From: Haloferax volcanii DS2 | GTDB lineage: Archaea > Halobacteriota > Halobacteria > Halobacteriales > Haloferacaceae | NCBI RefSeq assembly: GCF_000025685.1 | Contig: NC_013967.1 | Span: 1,530,001 to 1,562,000, forward strand | Length of the DNA: 32,000 bases | Direction: 5' to 3' | In this document: piece after piece, positions 24,057 to 32,000 of the stretch | Position numbering within the stretch: the stretch's first letter is position 1 | Layout: every line of letters begins with the position of its first letter | Program-made: the position numbers and the translations under genes | The notes under the pieces: model-generated | What the model saw: only the letters and a program-made list of their open reading frames with translations | Database searches by the model: none | Told to the model about the DNA's origin: nothing

Positions 24057-25769
24057 ATGGTTAGCGCGACGAACGCGCTCATCGCACTGCTCCCGCTCAT
24101 CACCATCGCCTATCTGATGGTCGGGCGGTACTGGCCCGCGACGCGGGCGATGCCCGTCGCGTGGGTCGTCGCAATCGGAGCCGGCGTCCTCGGCTGGGGC
24201 ATGACGCCGCAGTGGATTATCGCCTCGACCATCAACGGCTTCATCACCGCCTCGAACATCCTGTACATCGTCTTCGGCGCGATTCTGCTCCTGTACACGC
24301 TCAAGCAGACGGGCGCGTTCGACGCCATCAACAACGGCTTCGCCTCCATCAGCGAGGACCGCCGCGTACAGGTCGTCATGCTCGTGTTCCTCATGGGGTC
24401 GTTCATCGAGGCGGCCGCCGGCTTCGGCACGCCCGCGGCAATCGTCGGCCCGCTCCTCGTGGGCCTCGGCTTCCCGCCGCTCGCGGCCGTCGTCGTCGCG
24501 CTGACGGGGAACCTCATGGCCATCACCTTCGGCGCGGTCGGCACGCCCCTCATCATCGGGATGATAGACATCTTCGACGACGTGCCGGTCATCACGAACG
24601 CGCTCGACGCGCAGGGCATGGGCGTCGAACAGTGGGTCTCCGAAATCGCCGTCTTCGCGGCGATGAACCACGTCGTCGTCGGCGTTGTGCTCCCCTTCAT
24701 CGGCGTCGCCATGATGACGCGCTTCTTCGGCGAGGAGCGCTCCATCAAGCCGGCGCTCGAAGTGCTGCCCCTCACGCTGTTCGCGTGGGCGTCCTTCTCG
24801 GTGCCGTACTTCCTGACGGCCTACTTCCTCGGCCCGGTGTTCCCCGGCCTCGTCGGCGCGATGGTCGGACTGCTCCTCACCGTCTCCGCGCTCAAAGCCG
24901 GCTTCTTCCACCCCGACGAGGAGTGGGACTTCGCGCCGCAGACCGAGTGGCCAGACCACTGGGTCGGTGACATCCAACCCGGCGAGACGAGCCAGCGCGG
25001 CGGCGCGGTCGCCGCCGACGGCGGAGCCGTCAAGCAGATGTCGCTGTGGAAGGCGTGGACGCCGTACGTCCTCGTCGCGGCGCTCCTCGTTGTCACCCGC
25101 GTGTTCGACCCGCTGACGAGCTTCCTCACGTCGAATCTCGTCTTCGAGTACGCGGATATCTGGGGTACGGGGTTGGCCGGCGACTTCCAACTGCTCTACC
25201 TGCCCGGCGCGGTGTTCCTCGTGGTCCACGCCGTCACCATCGGCCTCCACGACATGGACGCGAGACAGGTCAAAGCGACGTGGGCGGAGACCGTCGAGAA
25301 AGTCACTCCGGCGGTCGTCGCGCTGTTGTTCGCGGTCGCGACCGTCCAAATCATGCTCCAGTCGGGGAACGCCACGGGCACCGACAGCATGCTCATCGTC
25401 CTCTCGGAGGGCATGGCCGGTATCGCGGGGGGCGTCTACCCGTTCTTCGCCGCCTTCGTGGGCGCGTTCGGCGCGTTCCTCGCGGGGTCGAACACCGTCT
25501 CCGACATCCTGTTCGGCACCTTCCAGTACGGCGTCGCTGACCAAATCGGCACGCCGAAGACCGTCATGCTGGGCGCGCAGGCGGTCGGCGGGGCCATCGG
25601 CAACCTCATCGCCGTCCACAACGTCGTCGCCGCGCTCGCGGTCGTCGGCCTCGTCGGCGAGGAGGGCCGCGTCATCCGCCTCGAACTCATCCCGCTTCTG
25701 TACTACGGGACCGCGACCGGCGTCCTCACGCTCCTGTTCAGCTACGTGCTGTTCCCGGGCGTGTTCTGA
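24057..25769 (+). CDS. lctP: L-lactate permease (LctP family)
   Basis: The 570-aa polytopic protein has typical LctP segments ([39 protein letters not shown]). The ATG at 24057 is preferred over the track ATG at 23985; see the rejected list. Confidence 0.9.
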   Translation: MVSATNALIALLPLITIAYLMVGRYWPATRAMPVAWVVAIGAGVLGWGMTPQWIIASTINGFITASNILYIVFGAILLLYTLKQTGAFDAINNGFASISEDRRVQVVMLVFLMGSFIEAAAGFGTPAAIVGPLLVGLGFPPLAAVVVALTGNLMAITFGAVGTPLIIGMIDIFDDVPVITNALDAQGMGVEQWVSEIAVFAAMNHVVVGVVLPFIGVAMMTRFFGEERSIKPALEVLPLTLFAWASFSVPYFLTAYFLGPVFPGLVGAMVGLLLTVSALKAGFFHPDEEWDFAPQTEWPDHWVGDIQPGETSQRGGAVAADGGAVKQMSLWKAWTPYVLVAALLVVTRVFDPLTSFLTSNLVFEYADIWGTGLAGDFQLLYLPGAVFLVVHAVTIGLHDMDARQVKATWAETVEKVTPAVVALLFAVATVQIMLQSGNATGTDSMLIVLSEGMAGIAGGVYPFFAAFVGAFGAFLAGSNTVSDILFGTFQYGVADQIGTPKTVMLGAQAVGGAIGNLIAVHNVVAALAVVGLVGEEGRVIRLELIPLLYYGTATGVLTLLFSYVLFPGVF

Positions 25770-25843
25770 CCGGTCGGCTCCCGGCTCGGAGCGACCTGAC
25801 TCGTCCCGAGTTGCGTCGTCCCGACCCACACTACCCCGGGCAA

Positions 25844-25883
25844 ACCCGGAACGACCCGGACCGACCCGGACCGACCCGACTCG
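25844..25883. repeat. Tandem 10-bp repeat, about 4 copies (ACCCGGAMCG)
   Basis: The copies are acccggaacg / acccggaccg / acccggaccg / acccgactcg. The core CGACCCGGA recurs at 25921-25929, with a degenerate copy at 25822-25830. Confidence 0.8.
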
Positions 25884-25904
25884 ATTCGGGCCGCGAATCG
25901 ACTC
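25878..25904. promoter_or_regulatory. 27-bp palindromic element (candidate operator) upstream of dld
   Basis: The element is GACTCGATTCG-GGCCG-CGAATCGACTC, with 11-bp arms and one mismatch. It lies about 50 nt upstream of the dld TATA. Confidence 0.5.
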
Positions 25905-25951
25905 GCAAACCACCCGCGCGCGACCCGGAGCGACGCCCGTCACCGGGTGTC

Positions 25952-25957
25952 TTTATC
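25952..25957 (+). promoter_or_regulatory. TATA box for dld
   Basis: GTCTTTATCC ends 36 nt upstream of the ATG at 25993, which implies a short leader. Confidence 0.5.
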
Positions 25958-25992
25958 CGTTCACGCAAACCGACATACGACAGAGCTAATCA

Positions 25993-28900
25993 ATGGCATC
26001 CAACACGCACGAACCAGCCACCGACCCCGCGCTCGCTGGCGATTACGACTACGTCAGCGACGACGTCGAGCGGCCGGGGCTGGTCGAAGACCTCGAATCC
26101 CTCGTCGAGGGCGACGTGCGCTTCGACACCTACACGAGAACGCTGTACGCGACCGACGCGTCAGCCTACGAGCAAGTCCCCATCGGCGTCGTCATGCCGA
26201 CCTCGACGGCCGACGTGGCGGCGGTGATGGAGTACTGCGCCGACCGCGAGATTCCCGTTCTCCCCCGCGGCGGCGGCACGAGCCTCGCCGGCCAGACCGT
26301 CAACGAGGCCGTCGTCCTCGACCTCGTTCGCCACATGGGCGGCGTCGAGGAAATCGACCCCGAGGCGCGGACGGCCACGGCCGAAGCGGGCGTCCGCCTC
26401 GGCGAACTCAACGAGGAACTCGCCCCCCACGGCCTGAAGTTCGCGCCCGACCCGGCGTGGGGCGACCGCTCCGCGCTCGGGGGCGCAATCGGCAACAACT
26501 CCACCGGCTCGCACTCGCTGAAGTACGGCAAGACCGACTACTACATCGAGGAGCTCGAAGTCGTCCTCGCGGACGGCACGGTGACGACGTTCGGAGAAGT
26601 GAGCGTCGACGAACTCCGCGAGTCCGGCGACCCCGACGGCGACCTCGAAGCGCGCGTTTACGCCGAAATCGCGCGGATACTCGACGAGGAGGCCGACGAG
26701 ATTTCCGAGCGCTTCCCCGACCTGAAGCGCAACGTCTCGGGCTATAACCTCGACATGCTCGTCGACGAGATGCGCGGCGAGCGCCGCACGCCGGACGATA
26801 CCGGCATCGACGAGGACTGGGAGGCCGGCCGCGTCAACCTCGGTCGGCTCATCGCCGGGAGCGAGGGCACCCTCGGCATCGTGACGAAGGCGACCGTCTC
26901 GCTGGAGGAGATTCCGAACACCGCGTCGGTGGCGCTTCTCACCTACGACGACGTCATCGACGCGATGCACGACGTCGCGCCCATCCTCGAACACGAACCC
27001 GCGGCCGTCGAGGTGATGGACGACGTGCTGCTCGACCTCGCTCGGGACACCGCCGAGTTCGCGGACGTGGTCGGGATGCTCCCCGAGGGGACGGACTCGA
27101 CGCTCCTCGTGGAGTTCTACGCCGATTCCGACGACGAGGGCAAACAGAAGGTGGCGAACCTCATCGAAGACCGCGTCATCGACCCCGACGGGACCGAGTT
27201 CGCCCCCGACGAGGGCTCGGCCTCGGTGACCGAAACGGAACGCCGTGCGACCGATTTCATGGAGGCCCACGACACCGACACCCGCGCGAAGTTCTGGAAG
27301 ATGCGCAAGTCGGGCCTCCCGATTCTCCTCGGTCGGACGACCGACGAGAAGCACATCGCGTACATCGAGGACACCGCCATCCCGGCCGAGAACCTCCCGG
27401 CGTACGTCTCGGACTTCCAAGACATTCTCGACGAACACGACACCTTCGCGTCGTACTACGCCCACGCGGGGCCGGGCGTTCTGCACATCCGCCCGCTGGT
27501 CAACACGAAGACCGCCGAGGGCGTCGAGACGTTCGAGGCCATCGCCGACGAGGTGACGGACTTGGTCGTCAAGTACGGCGGCTCCGTCTCGGGCGAACAC
27601 GGCGACGGCCGCGCGCGGACCCAGTGGAACCGCAAGCTGTACGGCGACCACCTCTGGAACGTCTTCCGCGACCTCAAGACCGCGTTCGACCCCGACTGGC
27701 TCCTGAATCCGGGGAACATCTGCGGCGACTACGACATGACCGAGAACCTCCGGTTTTCGCCCGACTACGAGTTCGAGGCCGGCTTCGAACCGGCGCTGAA
27801 CTGGGACAACGACAACGGGTTCGAGGGCATGGTCGAACTCTGCCACGGCTGTGCCGGCTGTCGCGGCCAGCAGTCCACGGTCGGCGGGGTCATGTGCCCG
27901 ACGTTCCGCGCCGCCGAAGAGGAGATTCAGGCGACTCGCGGCCGCGCCAACATGCTCCGGCAGGCCATGAGCGGCGGGCTCCCGGAAGACGAGATGTTCA
28001 CCGACGAGTTCGTCGACGAGGTTCTCGACCTCTGTGTCGGCTGTAAGGGCTGTTCGAAGGACTGCCCGAGCGAGGTCGACATGGCGAAGATGAAAGCCGA
28101 GGTCGTCCACGAGTACCACCAGCGCAACGGCTCCAGCCTCCGCGACAAACTGTTCGCCAACATCGACTCGCTTTCCAAACTCGGGTCGGCGTTCGCCCCG
28201 CTCGCCAACGCGGCGACGAAAGTTCCGGGCGCGCGGACGGTCATGGAGAAGACCGTCGGTATCGCCAAGGGGCGCTCGCTCCCGACGTTCCACTCGACGA
28301 GCCTCGTCGACTGGTTCGAGAGCCGCGGAGGAGCCGGCGTCCCGAAGGCCGAGGCCGATCGCAAGGCGCTGTTGTTCCCCGACACCTACACGAACTACAA
28401 CCACCCCAAGGTCGGCAAGGCCGCCGTGGCGGTGCTGGAGGCCGCGAACGTCCACGTCCGGATTCCGGACGGCGTCGCCGGCTCCGGCCGGCCGCCGCAC
28501 TCGAAGGGCTTTCTCGACAAGGCCCGCGCCGACGCCGAACAGAACGTCGAGGTGCTCGCACCGTCCGTGGAAGAGGGCTGGGACATCGTCCTCTGTGAGC
28601 CCTCCGACGCGGTGATGTTCCAGTCGGACTACCTCGACCTGCTCTCCGGCGACGACGTGGAGGCCGTTTCGGCCAACGCCTACGGCGTCATGGAGTACGT
28701 CGACGCGTTCCGGCTGGACGAGTCGCTGTCGTTCCGCCCGCAGGACGACTCCCTGACGTACCACGGCCACTGCCACCAGAAGTCCACGAAGAAGGACCAC
28801 CACGCGGTGGGCGTCCTCCGCCGCGCCGGCTTCGAGGTGGACCCGCTGGACTCGACGTGCTGCGGGATGTCCGGGTCGTTCGGCTACGAGGCCGAACACT

Positions 28901-29073
28901 ACTCCATGTCGAAGGCCATCGGGGACATCCTCGAAGGCCAAGTGGCCGAGAGCCCCGGCGACGTGGTCGTCGCCCCCGGCGCGTCGTGTCGGACGCAACT
29001 CGAAGACATGGACGGCGCGACCGACGACCCGCCGCACCCCGTCGAGGTGCTCGCGCGCGCCATCGACGCGTAG
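25993..29073 (+). CDS. dld: FAD-binding oxidase (GlcD/Dld-like) fused to a 4Fe-4S dicluster and CCG-domain module; probable D-lactate dehydrogenase
   Basis: The N-terminus is an FAD PCMH-type domain (PRGGGTSLAGQ). The centre has CHGCAGCRGQ...C and CVGCKGCSKDCP. The C-terminus has CCG motifs (HGHCHQK, STCCGMSGSFG). The protein is 1026 aa and lies next to lctP. Confidence 0.85.
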   Translation: MASNTHEPATDPALAGDYDYVSDDVERPGLVEDLESLVEGDVRFDTYTRTLYATDASAYEQVPIGVVMPTSTADVAAVMEYCADREIPVLPRGGGTSLAGQTVNEAVVLDLVRHMGGVEEIDPEARTATAEAGVRLGELNEELAPHGLKFAPDPAWGDRSALGGAIGNNSTGSHSLKYGKTDYYIEELEVVLADGTVTTFGEVSVDELRESGDPDGDLEARVYAEIARILDEEADEISERFPDLKRNVSGYNLDMLVDEMRGERRTPDDTGIDEDWEAGRVNLGRLIAGSEGTLGIVTKATVSLEEIPNTASVALLTYDDVIDAMHDVAPILEHEPAAVEVMDDVLLDLARDTAEFADVVGMLPEGTDSTLLVEFYADSDDEGKQKVANLIEDRVIDPDGTEFAPDEGSASVTETERRATDFMEAHDTDTRAKFWKMRKSGLPILLGRTTDEKHIAYIEDTAIPAENLPAYVSDFQDILDEHDTFASYYAHAGPGVLHIRPLVNTKTAEGVETFEAIADEVTDLVVKYGGSVSGEHGDGRARTQWNRKLYGDHLWNVFRDLKTAFDPDWLLNPGNICGDYDMTENLRFSPDYEFEAGFEPALNWDNDNGFEGMVELCHGCAGCRGQQSTVGGVMCPTFRAAEEEIQATRGRANMLRQAMSGGLPEDEMFTDEFVDEVLDLCVGCKGCSKDCPSEVDMAKMKAEVVHEYHQRNGSSLRDKLFANIDSLSKLGSAFAPLANAATKVPGARTVMEKTVGIAKGRSLPTFHSTSLVDWFESRGGAGVPKAEADRKALLFPDTYTNYNHPKVGKAAVAVLEAANVHVRIPDGVAGSGRPPHSKGFLDKARADAEQNVEVLAPSVEEGWDIVLCEPSDAVMFQSDYLDLLSGDDVEAVSANAYGVMEYVDAFRLDESLSFRPQDDSLTYHGHCHQKSTKKDHHAVGVLRRAGFEVDPLDSTCCGMSGSFGYEAEHYSMSKAIGDILEGQVAESPGDVVVAPGASCRTQLEDMDGATDDPPHPVEVLARAIDA

Positions 29074-29114
29074 GCGACGCTCCGACGGCGCGGTACTGCG
29101 GGCCCGACTCGGAC

Positions 29115-29145
29115 GCGACGCGGGTCGCAGTCTTCCCTCGTTTTT
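29115..29145 (+). terminator. Hairpin plus T5 terminator after dld
   Basis: The hairpin is GCGAC-GCGG-GTCGC (29115-29128). It is followed by TCTTCCCTCGTTTTT, with the T5 run at 29141-29145. Confidence 0.55.
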
Positions 29146-29212
29146 CGCCGCAGATACGTTTAGGACGCTCGGCGGCCAACCGCGGAACGACCGAGATGCG
29201 AGGGAACCAGCC

Positions 29213-30010
29213 ATGACACCGATGGAACTCGACGACGTGCGCGTCGACGCGTACATGACGACCGGCGTGGAGACGGTCGGGCCCGACGCGTGGGTCACGG
29301 ACGTGGTCGACCGACTCAAAGCGGGACCGCAGTACGGCGGGCTCCCGGTCGTCGACGACGAAGACCACCTCCTCGGGTTCGTCGGCGCGATAGACCTCTT
29401 GGAAGTCCACGGCGACGTGCGTGTCGAGTCGGTGATGAGCCGCGACCTCGTGGTCGTCCGCCCGGAGATGACGGTGAAGAACGCCGCGCGCGTCATCTTC
29501 CGCACCGGCCACCAGTTCCTGCCCGTCGTCGACGACGACCGAGTGCTGCTCGGCCTGTTTTCGAACGGCGACGCGGTGCGGAGCCAAATCGAGCGGACGA
29601 CGCCCTCGAAGGTCCAGAGCACCCGCGAGATGCTCGAACGGACCCACGACACGTCCATCGGCGTCGGCGAGCGGGAAGTCGAGGTCGGCTCGCTGATTCC
29701 GACCCAGCGGGAGGTGTACGGCGACGAGCTCGAAGGCCGGAAGTACGAACTCCAAAACGGGCTCGCGGAGCCGCTCATCGTCGTCTCTCACGGCTCCGAG
29801 ACGCTGCTCGTCGACGGACACCACCGGGCGATGGCCGCGAGGCGACTCGATATCGACCGGATGCTCGCGCACGTGCTCACGGTCTCGCCGGAGGACGTCG
29901 ACGAGTTGGGCCTGCGCCGGATGGCTCGCGTCGGGGGCCTCCGATCGCTCGCTGACGTGGAGGTCAACGACTACCTTCAGCACCCGCTCATCGAGAAGAC
30001 CGAACAGTAA
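29213..30010 (+). CDS. CBS-pair domain fused to a ParB/Srx-fold (ParB N-terminal-like) domain
   Basis: The N-terminal roughly 125 aa form two CBS motifs (VDAYMTTGVETVGPD..., VESVMSRDLVVVRPEM...LPVVDDD). The C-terminus has the ParB/Srx hallmarks GSLIPTQREV and LLVDGHHRAMAARRL. Confidence 0.8.
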   Translation: MTPMELDDVRVDAYMTTGVETVGPDAWVTDVVDRLKAGPQYGGLPVVDDEDHLLGFVGAIDLLEVHGDVRVESVMSRDLVVVRPEMTVKNAARVIFRTGHQFLPVVDDDRVLLGLFSNGDAVRSQIERTTPSKVQSTREMLERTHDTSIGVGEREVEVGSLIPTQREVYGDELEGRKYELQNGLAEPLIVVSHGSETLLVDGHHRAMAARRLDIDRMLAHVLTVSPEDVDELGLRRMARVGGLRSLADVEVNDYLQHPLIEKTEQ

Positions 30011-30021
30011 GAAACGCCGCG

Positions 30022-31158
30022 TTACTCGTCGAGGTCGTCGAGCGCGTCACCGAAGGCTTCGAGGCCGGTTTCCATCGCTTCGGGGTCGCCGCCCAGCGAG
30101 ATGCGGAACGACTCCGGCGCGTCGAAAAATCGGCCGGGAACGACGAGGACGCCGCGGTCCCACGCGGCGTCGACGACCGCGTCGCCGTCGGCGGTGGCGT
30201 GGTTGAGGAAGGCGAACGTCCCGCCGGCGTGGATGCGCCCGTCGAGTTCGTCGCGGTCAGCGACGAACGTCGCCAGCAGGTCGTGGTTCGCCGAGAGGTG
30301 TTCGCGGGCGGCGGCCTCTATCTCGTCGCCGTGGTGGAGCGCGCGCCGGGCGAGTTTGGTGCTCGGCTCGGCGACCGCGGGCAGGTACATCGACGCCGAG
30401 CGGGCGCGCTCGACGACCTCCTCGGGGCCGATAATCCAGCCGACGCGGAGGCCGCCGAGGCCGTAGAACTTCGTCAGCGACCCGGTGACGACGGTGTTGT
30501 CGAGGCCGGACGCCGTGGTGCCGCCGAAGGGACCGTCGGCGGCGGGGTCGACGAAGGGCGCGTACACCTCGTCGACGAGGAGGTAACCGCCGGCGTCGGC
30601 CGCGGCCGACGCGACTTCGGCGAGTTCGGCGCGCGGCGTGAGTTTCCCCGACGGGTTGTGGCGGTTAGTGACGATGGCGTAGGCGAAGTCGTCGGTCGAC
30701 GCCCCGTCGAGGCGGTGCGGTTCGAGTTCGTAGTCGTACTCCGGCGGCCGGACGAAACGGTCGACGCGCGCGCCGAGCGCCTCCGACGTGGCCACGAGCG
30801 GCTGGTAGCCGGGCTTTTCCACGAGCACCTGCGGGCGCGAGGCGTCGGAGTCGTCGTCGCCGTCGCCGTCTTCGTCGTCGCCGGACGCAAGTTCGAGAAG
30901 CGCGCAGGCGGCGAGGAAGTTCGCGTTCGTCGCGCCCGCGGTGACGAGGACCGACGACTCGGAGACGCCGTAGCGCGCAGCGACCTGACCGCTGAGCGTC
31001 GCGTCTTCGGGGTCTGAGCGACCGGCGAGAACCGGCGGGACGAGGTCGTCACCGCGCCGGGAGGAGCCGAGGTCGCTCGTCGCGAGGTCGTGGGTGGCCT
31101 CGTCCACCCGGTCGACAATCCACTCCAGATAGGGGATTCCAGGAAACGTTGCCGTCAT
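30022..31158 (-). CDS. Pyridoxal-phosphate-dependent aminotransferase (class I/II)
   Basis: The motifs NRHNPSG and the PLP-lysine segment GSLTKFYGLGGLRVGW are present, along with an acidic insertion (GDDEDGDGDDDSD). The ATG at 31158 (MTATFPGIPY) is chosen because the track extension to 31761 overlaps the next gene and is Arg/Pro-rich. Confidence 0.85.
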   Translation of the reverse strand: MTATFPGIPYLEWIVDRVDEATHDLATSDLGSSRRGDDLVPPVLAGRSDPEDATLSGQVAARYGVSESSVLVTAGATNANFLAACALLELASGDDEDGDGDDDSDASRPQVLVEKPGYQPLVATSEALGARVDRFVRPPEYDYELEPHRLDGASTDDFAYAIVTNRHNPSGKLTPRAELAEVASAAADAGGYLLVDEVYAPFVDPAADGPFGGTTASGLDNTVVTGSLTKFYGLGGLRVGWIIGPEEVVERARSASMYLPAVAEPSTKLARRALHHGDEIEAAAREHLSANHDLLATFVADRDELDGRIHAGGTFAFLNHATADGDAVVDAAWDRGVLVVPGRFFDAPESFRISLGGDPEAMETGLEAFGDALDDLDE

Positions 31159-31228
31159 TGGGACCCCTTCGCGGCCGCCCCCGTAAGTCGTTGGGGTCTC
31201 GGGAACATCGGCTGCCGGCGGCGGGTCG

Positions 31229-31996
31229 TCAGGGTTCGTCGCCCGGCGGCCGGGGGAGCGGCGAGGCGTCCGACCGCCAGTCTTCGATGCGCCGGCTGGC
31301 CCACGACACCGCCGGCCGCGAGTCGTTGTAGATGACGCCCGCGAGACCTCGCTCGGAGTACGCGACCAGGAACGCGACGGGGCCATCCGGGAGGTCCGAA
31401 ACGACGAGGCTGTACGGAAGCGCCGCGGTCGACCGAAGCGAAAAAGAGTCAACCGACCACGTCTCGGCGAGCTGCGGTCGATAGGCGGTGACGAGGCGTT
31501 GGACCACGTCGTCGGTGGCGACGATGTCGACCGGCGTGCCGTCGTCGACGACGGCCCGATAGTAGGCGTCGACCTGCGAGGGGAACGCTCCCCGGACGCA
31601 CCCGCGGACCGACTCCGCCTCCTCGACGAAGGACGTGAGCTTCGAGAGCGCGGGCCCGGGGCCGCCGTCGGCGACGGGGACGACCTCACAGCCGTCGAGG
31701 AACACCGGCGCGAGCGGCGCGTCCGAATCGAGCGCGTCGAGCACCGCGGCGGCGGCGTCAATGTCGTCCAAGCACTCGACGAACTGCGAGTACGTTTCGA
31801 GCGCCATGCGGCCGGCGAGCGTCGAGTAGTGGACGGCGTCGCGCGTCTCGACGAAGCCCGCGCGCTCTAGCTCGCGGAGGCCGCGGTCGACGGTCGACCG
31901 CGACACCGGGAGGTCGCTCGCGAGTTCCGCGGTCGTTCGAGACTGTCGAACGACGGCCTCGAGCACGTCGGCCCGCGACGCGAGCACGTCGAACAC
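31229..31996 (-). CDS. HTH transcriptional regulator (ArsR/wHTH N-terminus with a long C-terminal sensor-like domain), possibly 5'-truncated by the window end
   Basis: The HTH is TTAELASDLPVSRSTVDRGLRELERAGFVET. The frame is still open at the window edge, and the GTG at 31996 is only the first available start. Confidence 0.75.
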   Translation of the reverse strand: MFDVLASRADVLEAVVRQSRTTAELASDLPVSRSTVDRGLRELERAGFVETRDAVHYSTLAGRMALETYSQFVECLDDIDAAAAVLDALDSDAPLAPVFLDGCEVVPVADGGPGPALSKLTSFVEEAESVRGCVRGAFPSQVDAYYRAVVDDGTPVDIVATDDVVQRLVTAYRPQLAETWSVDSFSLRSTAALPYSLVVSDLPDGPVAFLVAYSERGLAGVIYNDSRPAVSWASRRIEDWRSDASPLPRPPGDEP

Positions 31997-32000
31997 CCCG

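Noticed and set aside
24003-25943. A 646-aa minus-strand ORF antisense to lctP.
   Set aside because: It is the mirror frame of a membrane-protein gene. The translation is extremely Arg/Asp/Glu-rich, with no hydrophobic core or motifs.
26161-29778. A 1205-aa minus-strand ORF antisense to dld and the CBS-ParB gene.
   Set aside because: It has the same shadow-ORF signature: Arg/Val/Gly/Asp-rich low-complexity translation, no recognisable domain and no promoter. It spans an intergenic terminator of the opposite strand.
30840-30900. An acidic low-complexity insertion (GDDEDGDGDDDSD) in the aminotransferase.
   Set aside because: Surface acidic insertions are common in halophilic proteins, and there is no evidence of a mobile or regulatory element.
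31159-31761. A 201-codon extension of the aminotransferase ORF overlapping the downstream regulator gene.
   Set aside because: The translation is Arg/Pro/Ser/Thr-rich. It overlaps a well-formed HTH regulator in another frame. The aminotransferase fold begins at MTATFPGIPY.
1-32000. A window-wide scan for CRISPR arrays, IS elements, integrases, toxin-antitoxin pairs, restriction-modification systems or other known defence cassettes, and for tRNA-adjacent integration scars.
   Set aside because: I found none. There are no spaced direct-repeat arrays, no transposase or integrase-like ORFs, and no direct repeat of the tRNA-Lys 3' end elsewhere in the window that I could spot.

Overview
High-GC archaeal chromosomal DNA. 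Acidic proteomes, strong GC3 bias, TATA boxes about 25-30 nt upstream of start codons (mostly leaderless genes) and Tat/lipobox signals indicate a haloarchaeon, probably Haloferax-like. I support 34 protein-coding genes and one tRNA-Lys(CTT). I see no CRISPR array, transposase, integrase or recognisable defence cassette. The left half is housekeeping: fibrillarin/Nop5, CorA, TFB, aIF2-beta, UPF0058, DUF555, Ogg-type glycosylase, MscS, amylomaltase, ThrRS, an alpha/beta hydrolase and an MFS transporter. The centre holds two tiny abutting genes, the tRNA, a TrkA-N::DHH/DHHA1 fusion protein and a stand-alone PRC-barrel protein. The right half is a lactate-utilisation island: lutC plus a fused lutB::lutA, an Nramp-related transporter lacking metal-binding motifs, a wHTH regulator, lactate permease, and a 1026-aa FAD/Fe-S D-lactate dehydrogenase-type fusion. 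It is followed by a CBS::ParB/Srx fusion, an aminotransferase and another regulator. Several ORF-track entries are over-extended at the 5' end, and I re-set their starts using TATA spacing and composition. Three small genes are missing from the track or hidden in longer ORFs: a 44-aa zinc ribbon, a 51-aa two-TM protein coupled to corA, and a 59-aa zinc finger. The kb-scale antisense ORFs are GC-content artefacts. The most interesting items are the structured, repeat-rich control regions of the lactate island, the TrkA-N::DHH protein with a DHF motif next to the PRC-barrel gene, the CBS::ParB/Srx fusion, and the microprotein-corA coupling. All functional calls rest on motif recognition by eye; no database search was possible.
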